Under the pieces are notes generated by a model, which saw only the letters and a list, made by a program, of their open reading frames with translations, was not told the origin of the DNA and ran no database searches. A program made the position numbers and the translations under genes. Positions 40,274 to 52,627 of a DNA stretch of 64,000 bases are shown here, piece by piece. The DNA comes from Octopus sinensis (taxonomy: Eukaryota), in contig NC_042999.1 of the NCBI RefSeq assembly GCF_006345805.1, forward strand, positions 120,342,001 through 120,406,000, written 5' to 3'. The first letter of the stretch is position 1. Every line of letters starts with the position of its first letter.

Positions 40274-40290
40274 CCCATTTTTGAGTTTTT
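40274..40290 (-). promoter_or_regulatory. Polypurine tract
   Basis: Minus strand AAAAACTCAAAAATGGG lies immediately before the 3' LTR TG. Confidence 0.6.
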
Positions 40291-40664
40291 AAACCCGAAT
40301 TTATCAATTTTATTCCCTCGGTAAGAAACTGGCATATATTTTTCTCTTAGCGGTAATTTCCATCATTTCTGTAAGTTTTCTCTTCCTGTTCGACCTAGGA
40401 GTCGGTTCTGATTTTGCTTGTGGTTCTGGGACCTCGAACGCTTTTGCTTGTGGTTCTGGAACCTCGAACTAATCATACCATAAATCCATTGGTTCTTCTC
40501 ACCTCTCTTGGTTTATGGTTTATCTTTTTTTTAATTGGTTTAAATGCCTTCTGTGCTAATATTTTGGTCCTTTTATCATGTACATCACGTTACCCAGACG
40601 TCCAGTTATACTTCCTTGTTCCCAGTCCTGTTTTCCGTTACTATATATTTTAAAATATACTTTG

Positions 40665-41505
40665 TCACCTGTGTTTAAAAAATATCGTTTTTCTTCCCGA
40701 ATTTTCTATTTTCTGTTTCCTAGTCGGCAACCATTTGTCAAACATAAAATAATTTTTTCTAGAAAACGTCAAATCTGCGGGTGACCTACCCGACTCTGCA
40801 TTTGGATTTGGTGTTATTTTATACACCTGCAAAAACTTTGTCATATTTGTATCTTCAAGGATTTCTCGTCTGGTCTTCCTTAAGGCTCTCTTGAATGTGT
40901 CGACGAATCTTTCCGCAAACCCATTTGATCTTGGATGGTATGGCGGAGTTAACACATGCTTCATCTGAACCGATTTACAGAATCTTTCGAAAACCTTCGC
41001 CGTCAATTGTGTACCATTATCCGTCACGATCGTATCTGGGACTCCATAACGAGCGAACAGTTCTTCCAAGAAGTCAATAGTCACACTTGTGGTTGGCCTT
41101 GAACATTTACACACTTCAGGCCATTTGGAATAGCTATCCATCACAATGATATAATGAGAGCCATTTATTGTTCCTGCGAAATCCACATGTAGTCTAGACC
41201 ATGCCGAATCCGTTTGTTGGCCACGACTGAATCTGCACTGAGGGCGCCTCTGCTGCCATAGCGCATCCCCTACACTGTTTTACCAGTCTCTCAATGTGCT
41301 TGTCCATATTTGGCCAATAAACGTAATTTCTCATAAGGCTCTTCATCCGGACAATCTCCGGATGTCCTACATCAAAGTCCTTTAATACTCTGTTTTGCAG
41401 TGCTTCAGGTATTACCACTTGTGCATATAATAATACCTCATCACATACTGAATAGTGCTTTGAACCTGCGTCCCGCTCATTTATATCTTTTTTGTTACTC
41501 AACAT
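40665..41505 (-). pseudogene. Gypsy integrase (frameshifted)
   Basis: GHPEIVRMKSLMRNYVYWP..C..C zinc-finger region; DFAG..MDSYSKWPE, TDNGTQ, PPYHPRSNGFAER. Confidence 0.93.
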
Positions 41506-41749
41506 TTTAAAAATCTTATTTATTATTTCCTGATTTCAATTTAATTTCTTCCAGTGTTACCCGCAAATCACGTACTACATTGCACAAAATGTTCTTCAGT
41601 TCCATTTCTAGTTTTAACGATGCAATCACCGTGTCCTCAATAGGTTCCTCATATTTTGGAATTAGCCTAGACAAACTTTCTGCGTGTCCCATTTTCATTG
41701 ATGGCAAAACTCCATCTGGAAATCGTATTTCAACAGAGTAGTCCCCAGC

Positions 41750-42910
41750 GCTGTAAACGGTTTGCTGAGTGCGTGGGGATACCCCTTTTTCGAGCCAAAA
41801 ATAGACAATAACTGTCAGTGATCCGTATGCAGTGTAAACTTCCTCCCATATAAGAATTTATGGAATTTTTTTACTGCGAAGATTAATGATTAACGCCTCT
41901 TTTTCAGTCTGGCTGTAGTTTCTTTCAGCTGGGTACAGAACTCTCGATGCATGTGCAATAGCTTTGATTTTACCATCAGTAAATGTATACAATATCACAG
42001 CTCATATACTATATTCACTAGCATCCGATGCCACAATTATTTTCAGATTTGGGTCGAAATGAGTTAATGATTACTCTGATGTTAACCGCTTTTTTTAATT
42101 CCTCGATTGATTTCTGACATTCGTTTGTCCAGCTCCATTTCGAGTCCTTCTTTAGCAACTTATTCAACGGAGCTCTTATCTCATACATTTTAGGCATGTA
42201 CAACTGGTAATAACTTACCAAACCTAAAAATGCTTGTAATGTTGTTTTGTTAGTGGGAGCAAGCATTTTTTTATCGCGTCGATCCTAGAAGGGTCCGGTT
42301 TTCGTCCGTTTTCATCGATCACCTGTCCTAAGTACTTTATTTTTGTCAAGAAAAATTCACATTTATCCTCCCTTACTTTAAACCCGTAATCCCATATTCG
42401 TTTGAAAACCTCTTCCATACGTTCAATATGTTGGTCCCTTGATTCACTTTTGATCAATATGTCATCCAAGTATATAACAGCGAACTCACAATCTGCTAGC
42501 ATAATATCCATCACTTGCTGAAATATTGCTGGTGTGACCTTTACCCCAAATGGCAGTCTTTTGAAAGGGTACAGACCTTTATGAGTATTGATTGTTAATA
42601 CTTTAGCACATTCTTCATCTACCAGTAATTGGAGGTAGGCCTCTGACAAATCCAGCTTGGAAAAAAATTTTCCCACCATTGCACTTAGCAAATATTTCTT
42701 CTGGGTTTGGAAGCTGATGATTGTAATTTTTTTAAACAATCATTAAGACCAGTTGAGAAGTCCGCACATACTCTTACCTCGTTGTTCTTTTTTATATATG
42801 CCGTAGGAGCCGCCCACTCAGAGTAGTCTACTTTTTCAATTACTTCCATGTCTTCCAATCTTTTTAATTCCTTCTCAACTTGATTTCACGCCGCAAAAGG
42901 TTCATTTCTT
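41750..42910 (-). pseudogene. Gypsy reverse transcriptase and RNase H (frameshifted)
   Basis: KLDLSEAYLQ, LPFGVKVTPAIFQ, YLDDILI, YLGQVID, DASEY, KFHKFLYGRKFTLHTDH. Confidence 0.93.
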
Positions 42911-43249
42911 TACGGTTTGAACACCGGCACCGCATTTTCTTTCCACTCAAACTTTACTTTGATTTTTTTACACATACCGAGCTCTTTCGAAAAAATATCT
43001 TGGTACATCATTTCCAATTTTAATTTCATTTTTTCCGATGCTTTCTCTGACACGGACTGTGACGCATTCACCTTGTTACATAATGTATTCAGTGATAGAT
43101 CCCACAGGCTGAACCCTTCCATTAAATATGTCCCGAACAGATTCATTGTATTCTTAGATACATTAGTTTACATTTCCGCGTCCTGTTTTTAATTTTTTTT
43201 TTCTGGTGAAATTTCGCCCAAGAATTGAATTCATTCTCCTGACATAGCG

Positions 43250-43650
43250 TGGGCTATCCTAGTCGTTTATTTATACAACGGCCTGCCTATCTTACTCCAT
43301 GTTGCCGTATTTATTATCGATACGTCTGAACCGGTATCTAATTGCATTTTCGTCTGAAACCCATTTATTTCTTTTTTCTTTACTACCCACAAGGGGCTAC
43401 ATACAGCGGGAACAAACAAGGACAGACAAACGGATTAAGTCGATTATATCTACCCCAGTGCGTAATTGGTACTTATTTAATCGAACCCGAAAGGATGAAA
43501 GCCAAAGTCGACCTCGGCGGAATGTGAACTCTGAACGTAGCGGCCGACGAAATACTGATAAGCATTTCGCTCGACGTGCTAACGATTCTGCCGGCTTGTC
43601 GCCTTTTATTTCTACCAACACAAATTTTCGGTTTTGTCTGGTATAATTTA
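43250..43650 (-). pseudogene. Gypsy aspartic protease interrupted by a SINE
   Basis: Removing the SINE and one TSD copy restores RKFVLVEINGFQTKMQLDTGSDVSII. Confidence 0.88.
43373..43604 (-). mobile_element. tRNA-derived SINE inserted in the protease, 9-bp TSD TTTATTTCT
   Basis: TSD at 43364-43372 and 43605-43613. The body is homologous to 22235 and 36082. Confidence 0.92.
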
Positions 43651-44537
43651 CTTTTGTTGAGTAGACTTCCTTCTGTTTTAGCATTTTCTTTGACCGGCAT
43701 TTCGTCTGCATATATGTCCAATTTTACCACACTTAAAACAAATTTTATCTTTAAAAGAGTAATCTTTCTTCAAATGTCGATCTCCGCAACCATAGCTTAA
43801 ATTTTTGAACTTAAATTTTTTCCTTCTTTCTGTACTTTCTTTACACATTTGTACATTATTATTCTTGTCTTCTATCTTTCTTGTATCATCTCGAAAGTTT
43901 ATTATTTGTTGACATTCCTCAGCCACATTCTCCAAAGTAAGTTTCACATCTTAATTCAACTTTGATAATATTCTTTTTCTAATTTCCGCGTCTTCCGTTG
44001 CCACTAGCGCATTAACGAATATTAAGTACTTGAACATATCCGGCGTTAATTCTTAAACCTTTCCCAAGTCTTATTAAACCCACCGGCATATACTACAAAA
44101 TCATTGGACTCGTTTTTCTTTAAATTTAAACATTCCCATCGAATGTTAAACTGCGAACATTTCTCGCTAAAAATATTAGTCAAAATATCGTTTCACCAAA
44201 ACACAATTTCGCGGGCTTTCTCGGCAAAATAAAGTTACAAAATCGTTCGTGTTCCGGAGTAGCAAGCTTTCGCAAAAGGAACCTTAACTTTCTTTCACTA
44301 GACCATCCCTTGTATTCCTCTCGGAATATGTATTCGTATCGTCTGTAGTATGCAGCAAAAGTAGCTTCTTAATCCGGATTGTAGTGAAATTCTTCGATTG
44401 AATTTGCAACACCATCCGTTGAAAATTATTCTGTCGTATATCTCCACTGCAGTAACAATTCTGTTAACTTCTGTAGTTGCTGCTGTTGCTGCTGTTGATG
44501 ATCTTGATTTAGTTACTGCTTTCAGTAACTCTTCCAT
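43650..44537 (-). pseudogene. Gypsy gag (frameshifted)
   Basis: ATG 44537 gives MEELLKA; then NSIEEFHYNPD.EATFAAYYRRYE and a Cys/His knuckle region CGDRH...ICFKCGKIGH. Confidence 0.88.
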
Positions 44538-44554
44538 TTCGATACTATTCGAAA

Positions 44555-44565
44555 CCTCGTCGCCA
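44555..44565 (-). promoter_or_regulatory. Second (inner) primer-binding-site copy
   Basis: TGGCGACGAGG on the minus strand, preceded by an LTR-end-like ...GCGATATAACA. Confidence 0.75.
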
Positions 44566-44608
44566 CTGTTATATCGCAATACTACACAGTGGCTGTGTGA
44601 GCTACGCA

Positions 44609-44621
44609 ATCCTCGTCGCCA
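44609..44621 (-). promoter_or_regulatory. Primer-binding site, tRNA-Ser(GCU)-type
   Basis: TGGCGACGAGGAT lies 1 nt after the 5' LTR end. It is complementary to the ...AUCCUCGUCGCCA 3' end I recall for metazoan tRNA-Ser(GCU). Confidence 0.8.
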
Positions 44622-44659
44622 CTGTTATGTCGCACGTTCGGATGACCTCTCTCGACTCA

Positions 44660-46503
44660 GATTTTTTATTTTGGCACTCGGCCACTAACACAGAGGGGAC
44701 ACTACAAGGACACACACAACACCACAGTGGGGACAATAAACATAAAACGAATGAGTATGAATATCATATAATAATGAAAGGTGAATGGTTGCATGGGCCC
44801 CACTACTCATACAGTACCATTTGAACGTTTATACACTCAGTCTTGTCACTCTATCTGTTGATCTTTTTTTCCTCCCTTAATTATCGTTTTTTTTTCCTCT
44901 CCCCCCCACCTTTTAACGCCTCAGATACGGCTCCAGCTCCAACAGATCGATTACCTTGGCAGCTCATTGAACTCCACCAACACGCCAGCTGTGTCAATTC
45001 TGTTCCCGCACATGTTTCTTATAGGTTTCCCTATCGACCACAATGGCCTTCACACTCTCTGGATACACGTCATTGGGCAGCTTTGCCCTTATGATATGCT
45101 TGAACTTTACGATTTTTTCTACACCTCCTTTGTTCTTAGAATAGGTCACAAAATTCCATTAGTTCTTACCTCCTCTCGGTCTTCTCCTTTCTTCTTTTAC
45201 TACCTTTCCTGTCAAAAGTTCCTCTATACTTTTCCCTGAGACTGGTACCTTCTCTTTCTCTGTCTCCACTGTAAACAGCCTCTCCATCTCATCCTCTTGT
45301 AGTTGAGTTCCTGTCTTCCGTCAATTCAACTGTCAGCTTCATACTTGCTTCCTTCTTCTCTGACTCATTGTCACACACCTTAATTATTTGTTCCCTTTCC
45401 TTTACCGTCTCACTTTTATCATCTTTCTTTCTCGTTACCTCTTTCTTTTCCACCTCTTCTTTCTTCTTCTTTTTTTTGGTTAGTCAGCGGCGGGGTTACC
45501 CTACCGCTCCTTCTTTTTCCTTCCTCCAGCGTGAATTCTTCTTCAGCTGCTTTCTCATTATTCTTGACTGCCACTGCCTGTTCGACATTTTCTCCAATCT
45601 CTCTCTGTTCTTTCCGCGAGCATCTCACCTTCATGTGTCCCTTTTCGCCGCATTTGAAACACCCAGGCGGTCTTCCCTCCACCTTCATTCTTAGTGACGG
45701 TAACACTATTGCCTCTGCTATTTTGTTCAAGTCTTCCACTGTTGCCTGTATTGTTAGCTCCAACCCATCCCCAGTAATCCAACTTGTTAGTTCTGGTGGC
45801 CTTCAATATCCTGGCCTCATCTTCCATGTTATATATAATGGCTGTCATTAACCATGCCTCCTCCAGCTCTGGGGCACCTGCCCCACCCGAACTCTCGCCA
45901 CACGTTTGCCGCAATAAGATGGCAGAAGAAAACATTCTTCTGAGCGGATTGCTTTCGTAACGTGTCTTAACGCTTCCTCTTCCGATGTGAAACGCACGTC
46001 CACAGCGGCATACTTTCTGCCTCTTGCTCTGAAGATTATCACATTTTCGTGCTTTCCAGCACCTTCTCGATTTCCTCCACAGTTGCTGTCTCAATTTTTC
46101 TAGTAGCGACCTTCATTGTCTTGTATGTTACTGTTTCTTCATGATGCTATTCATAAGTTCTTCAGGTGGCGTCAACATTATCTTCTCGCCTTCCTTTTTC
46201 AGCAGCTTCTCGCTAGCTTTCATCTTCCTGGGCTCGACCTTTATTTCAAAAGTCTCCAATGTTTCTTTCTCTACTTGTCTTCCATTTGCGGCTGCATAGC
46301 TGTGGCCACCCTCTGGCGCCTTCTCCATTTTCCCGAATGGGAAAAACCAACTTCAACAGAAATTAACGATATAATAACCGATATTAACAACAACAATAAT
46401 CAACAATAAATTCACGTTCTACTCACAAATATAACTCAGCTTCAATAGCTCAACTTCAACAGCTCAACTTCAAAAACAACACCTGTCAACTACAAAATCC
46501 GAT
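44660..46503 (-). mobile_element. ORF1-only L1/Tx1-like unit (HAL1-like) inside the Gypsy 5' LTR
   Basis: Flanked by ACTCA direct repeats (44655-44659 and 46504-46508), with an AAAATAAAAAA 3' end. One broken ORF carries RRM-like and CCHC motifs. No EN or RT motif is seen. Confidence 0.7.
44913..46328 (-). pseudogene. L1/Tx1-type ORF1 (gag-like) protein, frameshifted
   Basis: MEKAPEGG.SYAAA..., VDVRFTSEEEAL, LLPSYCGKRVARVRVGQVP.ELEEAWL, VEGRPPGCFKCGEKGHMKVRC (CX2CX4HX4C), and a long Glu/Lys-rich tail. Confidence 0.75.
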
Positions 46504-49500
46504 ACTCAACTCAACTCCTCGACGTCTAGACTTCTCCCTCTATATCTACTTCATAGTCTGGGGGAGTCCACACAACAAAACCTGAACGTACAATCTGGAT
46601 AAAGTGATTGCAAATTTTTCAATAGTTCAGCGTAGGTTTTCTCTTTTTCACTGATCTTCAGGTTTACGTTCACATCCAATGGGCAGCTGATTTCTGCAGC
46701 CATAAAGTTTCTATTCTGTACCTCAAATCATTATATCAAGTCTGTTGTGCTTACATTTTATTGAGGTTTTTACTGGGACATACCACCAGTAATACTTTTA
46801 GTTTGAGTGGCTATGGCTTCTACAATACTGTGCCTATGCTCCATTATATACAGATTCTTATTTAATTACACGTTTTCTCCTAATGCGTTTAGCCTCACAA
46901 TATTAAATCATTTAAGAAGCGACAACACATTCACTTGCCATGATACAAGTGGTAGCCAAATCTCTTTCGTATGCCAATTTCAGTTTCGATGCTGATCTAT
47001 CTTTCTGCCTATCTATCATAAGTGAGTGTGTGTGTGTGTGCGTGCGTGTGTGTGTGTGTGTGTTTGAGTGTACATAACTGCTTTTGTTTGTGTATGTGTT
47101 AATAGTATAATAAAATAAATTAATATCCATTTGGATTAAATCTTTTTGTTCGTTAGAAATAATATGTCGGTTGATGAGTGAAAAATTCCTAATTTTCACT
47201 GACATTTATTCTACTTGAACTCTTCTTTCTTGTTTATAGGACAGAATACAACAGAGAAAATTATACCTAGGGCCTTTATATCAGTGATTTACTGAACTGT
47301 AATATAATTAGATAAATTTAGTATTGCATGTTTAATCGTTAATATGTGGAGTTGAAACAGAGTTGATCTCATTCTGAACTGTGTGAAATCATGGAGTAAT
47401 TTCCTGCTGAATATCATAAATGCAATAGTTATTGAAGTCACTGTAAATGTATGAAATTATTTGACAACAGTTATTTGTGGAGACTGAATTGAACTACTAT
47501 CTTTTGTAATTACCTCTTCACACAAATAATTAAATAATAATTTCACCCAATAATATCGTAATATCGACGTATATATGGCACTCTAAATTAATAAAAATAA
47601 TACTGGGAGAAAGACTCTCTCCATCAGTACAAAATTTGTAATCATAATGCTGAAATTGAAATAATATTGATGTGATATAATTAGACGAGAGATAATAAAA
47701 GAAGATAAATTTCAATAAGAAGATAGTTATTGATCATTTAGTATGAGAGACATTGGGCAGCAATAACGAATATGATTAATCATATGGACGACAAAACAGA
47801 AGCGTTTAGTAACTTTCTATCCTATATAAACATACAACATCCGGAAGAACGTCACAAGACCTCTATTTTCCATATATCATAACTTTCATATTGCCTGCAC
47901 AAGTATCAGTCTCAACGCCTGACTGATATTTCAAGAATATTAATAATCATTCATTATTTTAATAATGTATTCTGTTTCTTTATTCCTTTTGCTTATTTCA
48001 ATGGCTTAACTCTAAAATAACAAACAATTGGTTCATAACATTTTCGGAAACAATTTGAGAAATATTTGCCACGAAGTGACCTGCCTTTATTAATATGGAT
48101 TCTTATTTGTTCATCCAGCTTGTTATAGTTTTAGAAATGTGTTCTCTTATTAGATCAATAAGGCTGAAGAACTGTACAGAAGCGAAATTCGCTCTGTATA
48201 TTACTCATGCGGAAAAATTACGAATTTAGACAATGCTTCTTTATGTTGATTAGATTGTGAGGACATCAATTTCTAAATGTCCCAGAACTGATTTTATTAT
48301 CAGACTAATGTCGATTTTACCAATTGTTTATTCATAATTTCAAATTATATTTCCGGGTATCAATGTAATATTTTGTCTTTTTACCTTATATTTAATACTC
48401 TACATTTCTGCCTTAATTGTAAATGTTATCACTGAATAAAGTTTTCTCTCTGAATGTATTTATCTCTTCTTGTCATCTCTCGTGTGCCTTTTATTTTTTA
48501 TTTTTGTTTTACCCTTATATCCCTTTCATTAAGTTCCTCTCTTTGCCAATCTTCATCAATTTCAGTCTTTCATTTCGCATGAAACTCTCCATCATGTTCT
48601 GCTATATATCCCTTACTTTCCACTTAGATTATTGTTTGTTTTTGCTAATATTTATTTTTTGTTATCATCCCCTCCCCTTACTCTCCTTTAGTGATTTTTA
48701 CTTTGTTTTTATTCTACTGCCTCTCACAGTGTTTTCATCTTTTTCTCGCATGCTTTATTTACCAAAATTACAAGGAATAATATCATTAGGCGACTCAAGT
48801 AAAAGAAATTAGATACTTTGTAGGAAATATTTATTATATTTCTGAAACTGCCTTGGTTGACTAGAGGTACGATCTATTTTAAGTTTGGTAGCTAATATAC
48901 ACAAGACTGTCTTTTAGACGTACTCTTTTTCATAAACAAATACGTTTGCGATTTCATAATTAAATTTTCTGAATTACAGTTTATATTGTTATTATTAATA
49001 ACACCAAAACCAGAACCGTGATTTCCCTCGCTTAGCTAAAACAATCGAATATTCTAATTCTGGTTGTTTTTCATTGCTAAAGTACTCTACGCGGCAATGA
49101 CGACATTATGACAAAATGTAAAATAGAATTTCTCTGCAGTTTCATTATATTTTGCTACTGTTATCATGTGATGAAAACCTTATATAGTAACGACATACAA
49201 TTTACTTCGGAGTGAGAGTCAAGATGTTATATTTCATTATACTGAGCACAGCATTTTATATGTGTAAAGGAATTGGTAAGGGAATGTGCTGATGTCTGCA
49301 CAATTATTCAACCATTCTGTTTAATTGTTTTATGCATATATGACACAATACTTTTCAGAATTTATAACCTTTTAGTAGAAGTATGATATATATTTACCTG
49401 AGACGACAGATAATATCAAAGCATATCAACACCAAATATAATCCCGGATTAGTACCACTACCATTTCGGTGAGATTTGTTGGAATAAATTCAACTATTAT

Positions 49501-52500
49501 CTCTTAAATAGATGACTGAACTTTGGTTTTAGAATTTAAGCTATTTAACAGTCATCAACAGTTCTTTCTTGAATATTTGAATGTAACCTTATACAATTTG
49601 CCATGCCAAAATGCCTAATACAAAATATGTAGTTTTCCTATTATATGCGCTCGAATGAAAGTATGAAATTAGTCTACTATGTAGTTAAAAATGCACTTAC
49701 TTCTCTGAACAAAAGGAATTCAAAATTTCTTGTCTATAACTCAAAATATTTTAGATAAGCGAATAATATTTTGATATTTCTTCCACATTAGTTGAAATAT
49801 AAGTTAATTTCCACAATGAACAGTTGAATAATCCTCATATCCCACGAGTAAGACAATTCCTTTTGTAAGCAGTATTCTTTTATATAAATCGTACTTCATC
49901 AATGAACATAGTATATTTTGTTGTCTTATTTTACTTTTCCACCGCATCAAGCTATCCACTGTAATACATATACATATACACGTGTGTGTGTGCGTTTGTG
50001 TGAATGTGTGTGTGCGTGCGTGCTTCTCTGTAAACGTATATGTGTGTCTTTTGAACCGACATTTATCAATACGTACAAGACAAACTTTCTAAATTCTTAA
50101 TAATTACGTATTAAATAAAAGTAAGTACTATGCATAAACTAGGCTACTGATATGAAACATGAATGCCAGAAGTGTTTGACTTTGAATCGTTTTCATACGA
50201 TTTAATATTTTTTATCCTATCCTTGTTGCTCTTGTGGAAAGTATAATGAAGGTTGTACAATCAGAGAGCATTGGAATGTTTTTATTATTAAATGCACAAA
50301 ACAGAGATTGGAAAAGCGGTTATGTTAAAATACTATTTTGGGTTAAAATAAAATTTACATTAAATGAAACATCTCAATTTTCAGAGAACAGGTTTCTAGC
50401 TACAAATTACATCAGTAATCAGGTTTAGGATTTTGCTGGTAAATAGTACGTTTTATTAAATGGCATCTCTCATACACTACATTATAATTTTAAGAGAATC
50501 TCAGTGAGCACTTCATTTTGTTAATATAAAATTTGCATATATATTTGAAGAATGATATTAAAAAGTACATCATAACATTATACGTAATTGACATTCTCTC
50601 AATGAATATTTTCTCTATAATTTTTTACACTAGTTATTTATTGCACCAAAGGTTCAATGTATTTCATTGGTGTATATTATGTATGTACGTACATACATGT
50701 GTGTGTGTGTTTGTGTGTGCATGTGTGTGCGTGTGCGTTTGTGTCTGTGCCACAGTATACAGATTAACGATAACAGTGTCATATAGTTTCAAAAGCTTCT
50801 TATACGCCCACTATCCATTTGTATTATTCCTTTTATCCTTTTATGTTAAATATTCAAATATTTTTTAGAAGAATATTTGTATTATTTACGTAAACTCATA
50901 AAAGAATATACGTTATATTGACACATATGCAAATCTGTAGGCGTGATTGAATAAATAATCAATTGTGAATTTCAGATATCATAAAATTTAGAAGTAGAAT
51001 GGATATATCTACACTTATATGCACATAAGTATACATTCATTTGAAAATCCATCATAAACACGGGCATATATGATATTTATATTAATATAGCACCGGACAC
51101 AAATGATGCAATATATCTATCTGTTAGCAATTCTTGCTCCTTCTGCTAGAAGCTTTGTTGCATTCTGTCCTTATGTTTTTCTCGTTTTTCAGTTGTTCCA
51201 GTATTTGCCTTTTACCCTGAACATTACTTGAGTCTCTTCTTATGTCCCTTGTTTGTCGGCATCTCCTCTCATCTGAAGTCCGCAACAAGCATTCAGTTCA
51301 AATAAGATTCGGCTTCTCTCTGGTATTCACTTTCTAAAATTTTTTTGCTTACTTATATTTCTTTGCGTATTTAACTTGCTATTGTCTTTTGTGCATTTGA
51401 AAACTTGTCTCTTCGCATCTTTATTCTTGTGTCGTCACTCACTTTATTTTCTTTATTATACTCAATACTTCACTCGTCTATTTCTTCATATATTTTATTA
51501 ATATGTATCTTTTCATATATATGTCTTTCTACCTACATACATTTCTCACACATCTATATTTCACTACCCTCTCCCCTTGCATACCATTTATTTTGTGACT
51601 GTAATCTTAGTATTTTACTCTCTTTAATATCGTTTATCTCCCATCTATACTTATTTATCTAATCAATCCCTCTTCGTAATAACTATTTCTGGTACTTCCA
51701 TCTCTTCCCCTCTCTCTTTCTCTTTCCCACTCTTTCTCTCTCTCTGTCTCTCTCTCTGTCTTTCTCTCTCTCGCTTTCTCTCCCTCATTAGTGATTTTTA
51801 TTTTCTCAACACTTATTTTATCACGTTTACCTATCTAAATTACCCTTTCTATTGTAGGATACTATCTGTGTTCTTTCTATATTTCCTCACTTGCGCTCAC
51901 TGTCTTTCCTCTCTACCTGTCCTCTCATGTTCTCACTGTCTTTTCTTTTATTCTTTCTCTCATCTTTCCATGTATTTCACTCTCTGTTCTTGCTTACCCC
52001 CAATACTTGCCTCACCTGCTAACTGAACTGTGATTACTTCTCTCTCACTCATTTACTCTTCCACAGTCAATCACCCTACAATATATTTATGTATCTAATT
52101 TGCCAACCACTACATAATATTTTCTGTCATTGTCTTCCATCAATCTCAGCACAGTTAATGCTTTTTCGTTTTACATTTCAATTACATAACAGAAAGGCAG
52201 AAAGAATCAAATAAGACACGGGAGACGTTAATTGGTATTATATATTATGGGCATAAATAAACGTATATACACGTATGAGAGGGAAAGAGAAAGGATTGTG
52301 TGTTTGTCTGTGTGGTTTAATTGAAGCCAATACATTCATTTTTGACATGATGTTTCAAATCCCCATGCAATATAATTACATGTAGGAGATTGTTCAGAAT
52401 ATTGTTCCAGTCAATTGCTCATTTTAAGTATCAATGCTGTGATAGTTTCTGGATACATATACAATATATCCATATGTATATATGTATGTATTTGTGCATA

Positions 52501-52524
52501 ACATTATGTATAAACACAAAGATA

Positions 52525-52588
52525 TATGCATGTATATATATATATATATATATATACATATATATACACAAACACACACACACAAGTG

Positions 52589-52625
<37 letters not shown>
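52525..52625. repeat. (TA)n/(CA)n microsatellite
   Basis: Directly visible. Confidence 0.93.

Positions 52626-52627
<2 letters not shown>

Larger units (their letters stand above)
40156..46577 (-). mobile_element. Complete, inactivated Ty3/Gypsy LTR retrotransposon (Mag/K02A2.6-like) with 5-bp TSD AAACC
   Basis: AAACC at 40151-40155 and 46578-46582. Ends read TG...CA. Domain order is gag-PR-RT-RH-INT on the minus strand, with PBS and PPT in the expected places. Confidence 0.95.

Noticed and set aside
40415-40475. 30-bp tandem pair TTTTGCTTGTGGTTCTGG.ACCTCGAAC as a CRISPR-like or regulatory array
   Set aside because: Only two adjacent copies with no spacers, lying in the Gypsy integrase tail; the DNA is eukaryotic.
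44888-44914. Purine tract after the ORF1 stop as a PPT of a gag-only LTR element (TR-GAG-like)
   Set aside because: The insert has no terminal direct repeats or PBS of its own, and its 5' leader and 3' UTR are unrelated.
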